Assembly (NCBI RefSeq): GCF_028641065.1 | Contig: NC_073384.1 | Coordinates: 49,662,001 to 49,726,000, forward strand | DNA from: Leucoraja erinacea | Taxonomy: Eukaryota | Direction of reading: 5' to 3' | DNA length: 64,000 nt | In this document: positions 1-11,586 of the stretch, one piece after another | Layout of the letters: every line of letters starts with the position of its first letter | How positions within the stretch are numbered: position 1 is the stretch's first letter | Made by a program: the position numbers and the translations under genes | Notes under the pieces: model-generated | Database searches by the model: none | Told to the model about the DNA's origin: nothing | Seen by the model: the letters and a program-made list of their open reading frames with translations, nothing else

Positions 1-307
1 GCACAAATAAATTATATAAGATGACAAAATGTCTCACCGTTGTTCTGAGAACACTGGAAAATAATATAAATGAAGCCATAAGTACGTTTGTCTGCTGGAG
101 AGGGTGGAAAAACAATGTTGCTATTAAAATGTTGATAATATTTCCTTACATCTTCTCAACACCAAGAACTGACATGATTTGAAAGGCGTAATAGGAAATC
201 CATGTGGTCAACAGCTTCAGTACTCTATTCTTGATAGCCTTGACTAAATCCACTAATCTTGGGTCCTCAGTCTGTAACGACAATTGCTTCTGCAGTGCTG
301 GATTCCT

Positions 308-407
308 TCAATTAATTGAGGGTTGAAGAGATGGCAAGATAAGTGGGAGGCAAGGTCTCCGGGAAGCTCTCCTCATCTCAGAAGGCGTCAGAAGTTTACG
401 AATCTTC
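308..407 (-). CDS. MTA3: MTA-family last coding exon: (R)KIRKLLTPSEMRRASRRPCLPLILPSLQPSIN*; 3' UTR continues toward position 1
   Basis: Acceptor tttttttcttcatacag. Only the phase-2 frame stays open, and it matches recalled MTA1 KIRKLLSSSETKRAARRPYKPI. TGA at 308-310. Confidence 0.85.
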
Positions 408-973
408 CTGTATGAAGAAAAAAAAAGAGATGTCTGGTTTGTTGCAGATTCACAAAATTTGTACATAAAATATTAACAATTTCAGTCATAAAATGTCCCT
501 ATCATAATCAAGCATCCCAAGATGGTTATGAATATCTATATAACTAAGAGTATCATCTTGACCCCTTCCTGTCTGCGCTGTATATTGATTTTAGAAAAAA
601 CGCTACCATATATCGCTATGATTTTGGGCCATCTTACTCACAGTCCCCCTCCGCTGAAGCAGCCCCGAGGATTTTTCCGCTCTATGAAAAATAAAAAACT
701 TATGAGTGTTTAAAAAATCCTGATTGGTCCTCTCGCCTGTCAATCATCATGATGAAGGTACCACCCCTTTTGGGGGGGGGAAGGGGGGGGGGAGGGGCAA
801 GTCTATAAAACACCGGATGCCTGGACATGAGCCAGTCACTCTGAAAGATCGTGAGGGAGAGTCCACAACTATGATTCTAAGTTGAGAATAAACTGAACAG
901 TGAGTCTGCAATCTACTTCCAATAAATGATTTGTTAGCCCTTAATGACAATGCAATGAGTTGTTTGGCAATTT

Positions 974-1265
974 GGTGGCCTGCACTCTGCTTGAAATGCT
1001 ATGAAATAGCTTGACATGCTATGAAATTGAATATGGTGGCCTGCACTCTGCTTGAAATGCTATGAAATTGAATGTGGTGGCCTGCACTCTGCTTGAAATG
1101 CTATGAAATTGAATGTGGTGGCCTGCACTCTGCTTGAAATGCTATGAAATTGAATGTGGTGACCTGCACTCTGCTTGAAATGTTATGAAATTGAATTTGA
1201 TGGCCTGCACTGCTTGAAATGCTATGAAATTCATTTTGGTCCTGCACTCTGCATGAAATGGAATT
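974..1265 (+). repeat. 41-bp minisatellite (ggtggcctgcactctgcttgaaatgctatgaaattgaatgt), about 6-7 copies, inside the Helitron
   Basis: Units start at 1035, 1076, 1117 and 1158, with degenerate edge copies. Confidence 0.9.
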
Positions 1266-1296
1266 TCAAGGAATAGCCATGCGTGAATGCCTGCTC

Positions 1297-1530
1297 ACCA
1301 GCCCTGAGTGACTGATCTACCAGCCCTGAGCGACTTAGCTGCTAGCCCACCAGCCCTGAATGACTGAGCTGCCAGCTCAGCAGCCCTGAGTGACTGAGCT
1401 GCCAGCCCACCAGGCCTGAGTGACTGAGCTGCCAGCCCGCCAGGCCTGAGTGACTGAGCTGCCAGCCCACCAGGCCTGAGTAGGACTGAGCTGCCAGCCC
1501 ACCAGGCCGGAGTGACTGAGCTGCCAGCCA
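1297..1530 (+). repeat. About 30-bp GC-rich minisatellite (caggcctgagtgactgagctgccagcccac), about 8 copies, inside the Helitron
   Basis: Tandem periodicity is directly visible. It explains the repetitive ORF 1295..1531. Confidence 0.9.
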
Positions 1531-1964
1531 AAGAATTGTTTCAGCTCACAATGTCCATACTAGCCCTCTGAAAACAGTCTCTTCAGCCCACAACACCCAT
1601 ACTAACGCTCCTGAAAGCCCCCTCCCCCCCCACGCCACCAATATTGGAATTGGTGGAGAGGTACAATATTGCGTTGGTGGAGCTGAACTCCCATTTGAAC
1701 GTGGGACCCATCGGCTCCCACTTAGTCTAGTTATCAGATAAAATATTAAAGCTGAACAAAAAAAAAGTGAAGGCAAAGTTTAAGGAAGAGAATTCCAGCG
1801 TTTAGGCTCAAGGCAACTTAAAGCTCAGCCAGTAATGTTACAGCAGTTAAAATCAAGACATTGGTGTTGGTCACAATTGGTGGATTACGGAGATGTAGAG
1901 GGCTTGCAAGGAAGAGATAAATCGAGATGGCATTGGATAAGGGGGAATGGGCTGAGAGAAGGAG

Positions 1965-2622
1965 ACCTTTTCCCTGTCGGGTCTCCGTTGTCGTTGGGGC
2001 CTAGCACCGTGGAGCGGCCTCCAACCTGAATGACCCGGGGGCTCGGGAGACTGCGGAGCTGCGGACTACTCACCATCGTGGGGCTGGCTGGCCTCGGAGC
2101 GTGGGGAGCGGTGGTGACTCGCTGCTAACTCATTTGATTCCTGGAGCTCGGAGGCTCCAGCAATGCAGCCGCAGGTCCGGTGGACTGGAAACATCGGGAA
2201 CTCGCGGGTCGGGGGGGAGAGACCGCTTCCCGGAGCTCCCGCAACGCGACTTCTCCAGCCCGTGTCGCGGGGTTGGAATAACCCGGAGTGGGGACGTACA
2301 TCGCCCGGCACGGCTTCATGGCCGTGGGACATTCCAGCGCCTGCCGGGGGCTCCAACATTGTGACATTTAGACCGGGAGCGGGGCCGTAAATTGCCCAGC
2401 GCGGCCTAAAATGGCCTTGGGACTTGGCATCGCCCGCCTGGGGCTTGGACATCAGGAGGGAAATGGAGAACAGGGGAGAGAAAAGATGTTTGTGTGAATT
2501 AAATTGTGTGTATGTCTGTAGGAAATTGTCTTTGTTTGTATGGCTGTGGAAACGGAATTTTGTTTGAGCCTCACTGAGGCTCAAATGACAATAAATGGTA
2601 TTGTATTGTATTGTATTGTATT
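1965..2622 (+). mobile_element. GC-rich non-coding retroposon with a Rex1-type 3' end
   Basis: CpG-rich body ending atgacaataaa plus a (tattg)n tail, the same 3' signature as the Rex1 copies in this window. Confidence 0.5.
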
Positions 2623-2843
2623 TAGTTTGGTTTAGTTTCGTGATTCGGCATGGAAACGAGCATTTCAACCCACTGAGTCCACGCCGACCATCGATCACCC
2701 GTTCACATTTGCTCCATGTTATACCACTTCATCATCCACTCCATACACATCAGGGGGAATTTACAGAGGCCAATTAACCTCCAAACCAGCATGATTTGGG
2801 ATGTGGGAGGAAACTGGAGCACCGGGAAGAAACTCGCCGCAGT

Positions 2844-3617
2844 TCCTCGGTGTGCAGATAACGGACAACCTCACCTGGTCCAGGAACACCACTGGGACCG
2901 TCAAACGGGCCCATCAGCGACTGCACTTCCTGAGGAAACTAAAACAGGCCTCACTCCCCACCAACATCCTCAGGACTTTCTACAGGGGCACGGTGGAGTC
3001 TGTACTCACGTACTGCATCAATACGTGGTACTGCACCTGCAACTGCTCGGACAGGAAGGCTCTGCAGAGGGTAGTGAGGGGAGCAGAGAGGATTATTGGC
3101 GTCTCCCTACCCTCGGTACAAGAACTGTTCCAGAGCCGCTGTCTGAAGAAAGCACAGAGAATTGCCAAGGACAAACTGCACCCCCTCCACACACACCTGG
3201 ATCTCTTGCCATCAGGCAAGAGATATCGAAGCATCAAAGCCCGGACTACGAGGCTGCTAAACAGCTTCCTACCACAGGCTGTGAGGCTGCTAAACAGTCA
3301 CTCTGCACTCACAGTCACTTGACTTGACTCTGCGGCTGGCACGGACACTTTAATAACTGGCACTGGCCACTCAAATCAGCGGCCCCGGACATTTTTTTTA
3401 TGATTGGTTTACTGTTTTTAACATTGTGTTTTTTACCTGATTTTAACTATTTATTCTGTTCCATCAGGGACTGGATTGTTTTTTTTAGTGTTATTATGTG
3501 AGAAGTGTTTTAAATTTCATGTGCGAGGCTCCGCTATTCACTGGGAAACGTCTTTTCATTTTGCACTGTACTTGTTGCTTGCAAGATGACAATAAAGGTT
3601 GATTGATTGATTGATTG
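2844..3617 (+). mobile_element. 5'-truncated Rex1/Babar LINE inserted in a minus-strand HE1-like SINE
   Basis: ORF FLGVQITDNLTWS...QRLHFLRKLK...LLPSGKRYRSIKARTTRLLNSFLPQAVRLLN. Tail atgacaataaa plus (gatt)n. Flanked by a 61-bp direct repeat. Confidence 0.85.
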
Positions 3618-3919
3618 AAACCAGCATGATTTGGGATGTGGGAGGAAACTGGAGCACCGGGAAGAAACTCGCCGCAGTCACGGGGAGAAAGTACAAGCTC
3701 CACACATTGGGAGTGATATGAATTAAAAAAGTTATATTATGCAGCATGTGCTTGGAATTTGGAATGCTGTGGCGGAAGATGTGGTGGAGGCACGTTTTAA
3801 TCAGGCCAACTGGTTTGATAAATATATGGTGGAGAAAGGTATGGAGAGTACAACTAAAGAGTTTATCTGGCAGAAAGCTGGGTCTGGCTGAATGGTCTCA
3901 TTTTGTGAAGTAGTCATTC

Positions 3920-5025
3920 AGTGATTCTACGTTTCTTGTTCGAAGTGTACCATTGCCCTATCCCCAAACTCTACCTCCGCTACATCAACGACAGCATTGG
4001 TGCTACCTCCTGCACCCATACAGAACTCACTGACTTCATCCATTTCACCACTAACTTCCATCTGGCACTCAAATACATCTACTATAAACCCAATGACTCC
4101 CATGGCTATCTGGACTACACTTCTTCCCACCCTGCTTCCTGTAAGGATTCCATCCCCTACTAATTCCTCCGTTTATGCCGCTCTGCACCCAGGATGCATC
4201 GGAGATGTCCTCATTCTTTAGGGAACGGGGGTTCCCCTATTAGACTATAGATGAGGCTCTCACCAGGGTCTCTTCTATACCACGTAACTCTGCTCTCACT
4301 CCCAATCCCTTCACTCTTAACAAGGGCAGAGTCCCCCTTGTCCTCACCTTTCACCCTACCAGCCGTCACACACAACAAATAATCCTCCAACATTTTCGCC
4401 ACCTCCAATGGGATCCTACCACTGGCCGCATCTTCCAATCTCCTCCCATTTCGGCTTTCCACAGAGACCGCTCCGTCCCTAACTCCCTGGTCAATTCGTC
4501 CCTTCCCACCAAAATCATCCCCTCCCCTGGCACTTTCCCTTGCAACCGCAGGAAAAGCTACACTTGTCACTTTACCTCCCACCTTGACTCCATTCAAGGA
4601 CCCAAGCAGTCTTTCCAGGTGCGGCAGAGGTTCACCTGCACCTCCTCCAACCTCATCTATTGCATCCGCTGCTCTAGATGTCAGCTGCTCTACATCGGTG
4701 AGACCAAGCGTAGGCTTGGCGATCGCTTCGCCCAACACCTCCGCTCGGTTCGCATTAACCAACCTGATCTCCTGGTGGCTCAGCGCTTCAACTCCGCCTC
4801 CCATTCCAAATCGGCCCTTTCTGTCCTGGGCCTCCTCCATGGCTAGAGTGAGGCCCACCGTAAATTGGAGGAGCAGCACCCCATATTTTGCTTGGGTAGT
4901 TTACACCCCAGCGGTATGATCATTGACTTCTCCAATTTTAGGTAGTCCCTGCTTTCTCCTTCTTTCCCCTCCCCTTCCCAGCTCTCCCACAGCCTACTGT
5001 CTCCGCCTCATCTTTTCTTCTTCTC

Positions 5026-5057
<32 letters not shown>

Positions 5058-5157
5058 ACATCAGTCTGAAGAAGGTTCTTGACCCAAAACATCGACTATT
5101 TCCTTCGCTCCATGGATGCTGCCTCACCCGCTGAGTTTCTCCCGCATCTTGTCTACC
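3920..5157 (+). mobile_element. Penelope-like element (degenerate RT C-terminus, GIY-YIG endonuclease and pLTR)
   Basis: RYINDSIG RT remnant, YYKPNDSHGYLDYTSSHP, and NLIYCIRCSRCQLLYIGETKRRLGDRFAQH (GIY-YIG). Followed by a poly-C run and a pLTR with a hammerhead-like core at about 5066-5093. Confidence 0.85.
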
Positions 5158-6114
5158 AATGATTCTATGATGTCAGTTACAGCTCTTTCAAGCAGGTCTT
5201 TCAAGTCTTTTTACACACCACCAACCCAACAAAAGAAAAACTATGCATTAAAAAGGAACTGTAGGTCCTGCTTCATACCACAGACAGATACAAAATGCTG
5301 GAGTAACCGAGAGGGGTGGGAAGCATCTCTGGAGAAAATGGATAGGTGACCTATCGGATCGAGACCCTTCTTCTGACTCCTCAGTAGGAATGAGAGAAAA
5401 TTAGGTTGCATTGGATGAGGGGATATGGGCTGAGGCGGAGGAGGTTTAATTTAATTTAGTTTAGAAATATGGCATAGAAACTAAAGAGACTGAAGAAGAA
5501 TCATGGGGAAATATAAATCAAGATTGGATAATAAAATTATACAATTTTATGGATAGACATTAATACATATTTTTAGTTAACGTCAGAACCAAGCTTACAA
5601 ATTAAAAAATATTAATTACAAAACGGAACCATTTTAAAGCACTCAGTCAAAGTTTACAGTTGCATTAATGGTTTTTTGTTTAAACTCAAGAATGATCACT
5701 TGTAAACAATAAACAACACTGTGAGAACCAAGTTATCATTCAGACAAAATACTTAATGACTTAAATGAGTTCCACCATGTGAGCAACCGAAACAAAAGCA
5801 ATTAATTCTTTACCAAATAATTAAGTAAAATGATCAATATTCCTGTCACTGCCTCCACTATATGGCTTCTGAGAACTAATCAATTGTAACCAAAGATGTG
5901 ATTTGTGAATTCACATACTTTGAGTGGATGTCATCCCCTGCTTGAATACATGGTGCTATATTCTAAAATTGTCTGCATTCCTGTGACATGCAACCCACTT
6001 AATTCCTTATCATAGATCTAATCCTGCGATTCGTATTTATCAATGCAAGAACGATCAACTACCTTAGACCTTTTAATACAGCTACGTGACAGATATGACT
6101 TGCAAGCCAATATT

Positions 6115-6418
6115 AGAGCTTAGAGCATTTAGAGGAACAGTGTGGAAACAGGCCAGGAGGCCAACTGAGTCCACCGACCATCGATCACCCATACACTGAT
6201 TCTATGTTTTTCCAGTCACATCCTACAAACTAGGTTTTACAGAAGCCAAACCTGCATGTGTTTGTAATGTGGGAAGAAACCAGAGTACCTGGAGAGAACC
6301 CACGCAGTCACAAGGAGAATGCACAAACTTTGCACAGACAGCACCCATAGTCCGTATCGTACCCGTGTCTCTGGCGCTGTGAGGCAGCAGCTCTACCGCT
6401 GCACCACTGTGCTGCCAC
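6115..6418 (-). mobile_element. HE1-like tRNA-derived V-SINE
   Basis: A/B-box head at about 6350-6418, V-domain tgctgtctgtgcaaagtttgtgcattctcc and a CR1-like tail. Confidence 0.75.
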
Positions 6419-6584
6419 GCTGTGCTGTTTTCTGTACTATATTGATAACAGTAAGGCAACAAAAAGGATAAAATCCCCACATTCTATTTCTTTTTAGTTC
6501 ATTCACGAGCCTCCTTTAAATATCTGAAACATTCAATAATAGCCAGTTTGCTGCAACAATGTTGCCACCATAACAATACTGATC

Positions 6585-9500
6585 ATTTTACTTCGGAGTC
6601 ACGTGAGTGACTACGTGAAAGAAACCCGCTACGACGCATGCGTGTCATATCGCATACACGCATTGAACGAGTCAGACATGGGAGAGGACGTCTCCCTAGA
6701 GGGAAATGCAAAGAAGCAGGTAAGAGACTGCAAATTTTTTCCCACTTACCTTGCAGGTAGGAAAGGCAAGAAGCTGCAGGAGCTGGAGGGGAGAACTGCG
6801 GAAACAGCGCAGCCAGCAGCCAGCAGCAGCCGATGCGCGAATCCTCCGGAGAGGATTCCTAAACGGCTATTTTTAGCAGCAGAACAGCTGTGCCCGACGT
6901 CGCTCCCCGCACCGGCAAGATTGACTGCTGCGGGGCGGGAAGCGAAGCAACACGTCCCGGGGGTTTTTCAGACTAAGCAGTCTATGTTGGATGCAGTCGC
7001 TAGCGGCTCTGGTGCCGATTTGAAGCGGCTGCGGGACCCGGAAGAGAGAGAGCCGACATCTGGGACAGCAGCCCAAGGACCTGCGCTACGGGGTCTGTGG
7101 GGCTGCGGGAGGAAGGACGTTCCTCCCAAACGGCAGGCTGAAAACCAGTACAGGTAAGAACAAATTTCACTTACCTTTGGTTCTTTTTTCCAGAGTTTGC
7201 TGCTGTATTCTAAAGAGCAGCAGGCAGCCAGCTAAGGATGTCAGGGCAGAGCCACAGGTCGTTACTGCTGTGTTCTCAACAGCAGGCAGCCAGCTACTGA
7301 TGTCAGTATAGAGCTGAAGTGCTGCCACACAGAGTTTTGCTGCTGTTTAATGACCAGCAGCAGGCAGCAATGAATGTCGGCACCAGCATCTCCCATAAGG
7401 GAGCGAGTGCCAAACTTCACCCTAAATGGGTAGAGGTGCCCGTGAGTACCAGGACCATGGGAAGTGCCCGTAGGCATGGGGACCGGCTGCGGGAAATACC
7501 GCGTGCGACTAGTGCCAGAGAGCACCAAGGTCGGCAGGAGCGGTCCCATATATTAAAGCACCCGCGACGACTAGTGCCCGAGAGCATGTAAGTCGGCTGG
7601 AGCGGTTGCTGGAGGAAATTTCTCCACAGTGGCAGGCTCCGGGATTGGAGGAAAGCCACAGTGGGCAAATAAATATAAGTCCCACAGCAGTTTCCCATAA
7701 GGGCTGCATGAAATGTCAGACGCCTCTGAGGAGGGTATGGAAGGTCTGACGGGGTAAAATCTGAGCAGGTGAACAACCTGCTGAACATGATGAGCCAGTG
7801 CTGCCAGCAGAAACACACTGAGAATGATCTTGAGAAGGTGGCTGTGAGTATTGAAGGACTGTGAGTCCACCCACCAACTTCAAGCTAAATATTTTGGCTG
7901 AAGTGTTGGCAAAGCTTTTTTACCCCGGGATATTGTGGTGCTCTTAATGTAGCCATTGTTACAGATGCATTTGCAGACATGTTGGGAAGGCCGTTAGGAG
8001 TCGGGATATTAAAAATCCGTAATACTCTGAAAGGTCTCATGGCGGGCATAACAGCTTTGGCCCGCATGTTAAAAAAGGTGGAAAATTAGTAACCACAAGG
8101 ATGCCATTAGCACTAATTTTTGCGATGTGCAGTTTGAAGGGCCATTCAGCCAGCTCTAGACCCAAGTTCGCTATACTATGTAAGCAAAGGGCTATAGACC
8201 CCGTTATTTGGGGGGGGGAGGACCTGTCCAAACAGGTAAAAGAATTGGCGAGGAGGCTCGACTTTGGGGCTGATTAAAGCATCCAAAGGATATCTGGGGA
8301 AGACATTAACCTTATGTGCATCCTAAGAGAGGTAGTGTTTTTGTATTTATACTACAAAGAATTGGGCAGAGGTACCCAGCAGCAGCGTCCTGTTTAGGGT
8401 TTGGCCCGGGACGACCACTGTGGAAGATGCAAAAGTCTACGTCAGCATCTACCCTAACATTAACCTTTAGGCTCTCCACAACCGCGTATGAAACCAAGAA
8501 AAATAACTTGGTTACCACCAATAACCATGGAGGTAGGTGAATTTGGGGCTCCAGCATTATAAGGGAGCACGGAAGTTGGAGGGACATTGAAACTTCATGT
8601 TGAAGCTTGGTGTATATATCTATGGACAGATACATCCTTAGCAGTTTTAAGGGATATCTGATAGAGTTTCTACTCAAACAAAACTCTCCAGTACAACATA
8701 AACCGGTCAGATATACATGCTGGTAATGGAATAAACCAAACCTGAACAACAGGATTTGTCTCAAACATCTTTATTAGAAATAAGAAAGATGGGGGTTGCC
8801 GTATTATTATGGATTATCAATGCTTCACAATGTTGTGCAATATTCATTTTAAAGATGGATACTTTTAGCAGTGCTAAAGACTTAGTTTTCAGCAGGCTAC
8901 TGTATGGCAAGTATTAATCTTTAAGATCCTTGCTATTCAATATACAACAGGGGGGAAAAATGTTAAACCAGTGTTGGGACTGCTGCAACACCAAAAACCA
9001 TAGAGTAATGGTATAGTTGGATGATATCCTTATTGTAGGAATAACTTATGAATCGGCATGTTAGGCAGTGGTTGCCACTAAACAATTGTTTGAACAGCTG
9101 GGATTCATTGTCCATCCACTTAAGTCAAAATTGACACCATTAACACATTTAATATGTTAATGACTTTACTAATATGGAAAGCCACAGAGTTCAATGGGCT
9201 CATAATTATAGAGGTCATTTATTTTGGCCAATGGAGCTAATGATAGAAGCTATAAAAGAATTACAATGTTGGGAATACAATGTTAAGTATTGCTCCAAAC
9301 CCAATAGTTATTCACAACCCGTCTGTGCTATTACAAACAGATGCCAGTGCATTTGGTTACGGTACAACTGATACCATCTCGAGCTACGGGGGAGATGAAA
9401 TATATAAGAAGCTAACCTACATAACACTAAGGGTTAGAAATGTTAAGTGCATTTCATGGGCTAAACATTTATTGCTCAGGAATGAAACTGCAGCATGTTA

Positions 9501-11586
9501 GATGGTAGATAGATAATACCTCGGTGATGGCATATATAAGTCATATGGGTGGAAAGATATCAAAATCTTGTGATGAATTGGCAAATTCAATTTGGCAATG
9601 GTGTGTCCAAAGGAATATTTGGTTATCGGCTACGTATCTACCAGGGATACTAATTCAGTGGCAGACACCAGGTCACGAAAATTTATTGAAAGTACTGAAT
9701 GGATGTTGGATAGAACGGTATTTGCTAAAATCAGTAAAGTAGGTAAGGCCGGATATTAGAATTGCATCCAGGGTTAAATCACCAGTTACCGAGGTATGTA
9801 TCATTGGTACCAGATCCTGAGGCAGAAGCTACAGATGCTGTTTCACTGCACTAGGGGAGGGTTTTCATTCATGTATTACCTCCTTTTTTCTACTTTATAA
9901 ATTTGGGGTACTAAGGGAAATTCAACAGGAATCGGCATCGCGGATGTCTTAGTACCTGATTGGCTTACCCAACTATGGTTTTCCGGGGTACAGGACATGG
10001 TGCTGGAACCATGTATAATGGTAAGACATAGTCCTAAGTTGCTAGTGCATCCAGTAACTGAGGATAGCTATCCATGTCATAGAAAATATTGATTTAGTAG
10101 GTTGTAGACTCTAAAACACCGCTACGGGACATGGGGCTATCATAAGAACTGTGGACATGATCACAGCAGCACGAAGAAGGTCTACACAATAACAGTATTT
10201 AGGTCATATTAAAATGGACTAATTACTGCCATAATAACTTTCTGGACCACAGAAATAAGGATGTTCCGGTGGTGCTAGAGTTTCTCACCAGCCTGCAATA
10301 TGGAGGACTGAGTTTCAGCACTGTGAATAGTGCCAAAAGTGCATTGTCAAGGTATTGGTGGCAAGGAACAGTAAGACAGTCTGTGGGATCACATCCTCTG
10401 GCAGTTAAAAATTTTAGAGGATATGTTAACACCAAGCCACCAAAAATAAGATACAACTATATCTGGAATGTAAGTGTGGCTTTGACCTTGCTAAGGAATT
10501 GGTCGTGGGCTACAGCATTAAATCTGGATAACTAACTAGAAATGGTAATGCTGATGGCGCTAGTCACAGCGCATAAGCTCCAGTTATTGCTAAAAGTAAG
10601 ACTGGATGGCTTCACTATTGCGGCACGAAGTTTGGGGTTTGTGATCCAGGACCGTATTATTAAACAAAATAGGCCAGGATCAGCGGGGCAGGTCATAGAA
10701 TTGATGGCCTACCCGGAGGACAAACGCCTCGGTATAGTGAAGCACGTTTTTTGTTATACAGTGAAAGTACAAAGGCTATCAGAGGCAAGGAATTGGCGTT
10801 TAATCAGCTATAAGAAACTGTACCATAGAGTGTAACTCAGACCATTTTGCGGTGGCTGAAATATGGGTTATGATAGGCGGGAGTGAACAATAACATATTT
10901 AATTATCACTCCACCAGGGCTGCAGCTACATCCGCAGCAAAACGCCTTGATGTATCCATGGACCATATCCTCAGGATTGCAGGATGGTTGTCGGAGAAAA
11001 CGTTTCAGAAATGTTATAACAAACCAGTTAGCAGTATGGGAACGTTTTTCGGGGAACATTTTAAGTTCTGTATGATAATTTATCCCTGAAGAATACAGGG
11101 TTATGATTTGAATTAATTCGATATTATTTATCATTTCCATTAAATAATTGGTATGAATGTTTTGAATATAATTAACAATTTCTCCCTAACTACCAAGGCA
11201 GTTGTGAAGCATGGACTCGTTTCCACGGCATGAGGTCACAGAGCTTTGAAATCTTTCACGTAGTCACTCACGTGACTCCGAAGTAAAATAGTAAGATTAA
11301 ACGAGAACTTACCAGTTTGAAGTTTGATCTTTATTTTATGAGGAGGAACGTTGAGGGAATACGTGCCCTCCGCTCCCACCCTCGAATGGTCATATCTTAA
11401 ACTGGTATCTCTTTAATAATCTTACTATTTTAGGTCATTATAGTGTATCTGTGACCTCACACCGCTGCTTTGAAGGATGACACGCATGCGTCGTAGCGGG
11501 TTTCTTTCACGTATTCCCTCAACGTTCCTCCTCATAAAATAAAGATCAAACTTCAAACTGGTAAGTTCTCGTTTAATCTTACTATT
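6585..11586 (+). mobile_element. DIRS1-type tyrosine-recombinase retrotransposon with intact termini and decayed ORFs
   Basis: Perfect 37-bp inverted repeat (6612-6648 vs 11477-11513). ICR 11252-11365 is complementary to both extreme ends. Frameshifted RT (LDDILIVG at about 9017), RNase H (LQTDASAFGYG; MAYISHMGG...IWQWC...ATYLPG), methyltransferase-like remnant and tyrosine recombinase (HSTRAAATS...AGW...TFQKCY). Confidence 0.92.
10130..11040 (+). pseudogene. Disrupted tyrosine recombinase of the DIRS element
   Basis: Fragments VLEFLTSL...STVNSAKSALS, LMALVTAHK and HSTRAAATSAA...ILRIAGWLSEKTFQKCYNKP are separated by stops and frameshifts. Confidence 0.85.

Larger units (their letters stand above)
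535..1730 (+). mobile_element. Non-autonomous Helitron
   Basis: Starts TC (tctatataactaa) after a host A and ends CTAG before a host T. GC-rich hairpin gtggga...tcccac at 1701-1721 just upstream of the 3' end. No TSD. Confidence 0.75.

Noticed and set aside
33-38. Strong donor-like site (ACG/gtgaga, minus strand) about 270 nt past the MTA stop codon
   Set aside because: No acceptor is visible in the window and a single motif is expected by chance.
974-1530. Tandem arrays that superficially resemble CRISPR repeats or a repetitive protein ORF (1295..1531)
   Set aside because: Head-to-tail units with no unique spacers and no cas genes, in a eukaryotic context. These are Helitron-internal minisatellites.
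6603-7157. 184-aa ORF at the DIRS left end as a possible gag or host gene
   Set aside because: It begins inside the terminal repeat at a GTG and has no recognisable motif. It cannot be supported as a real CDS.
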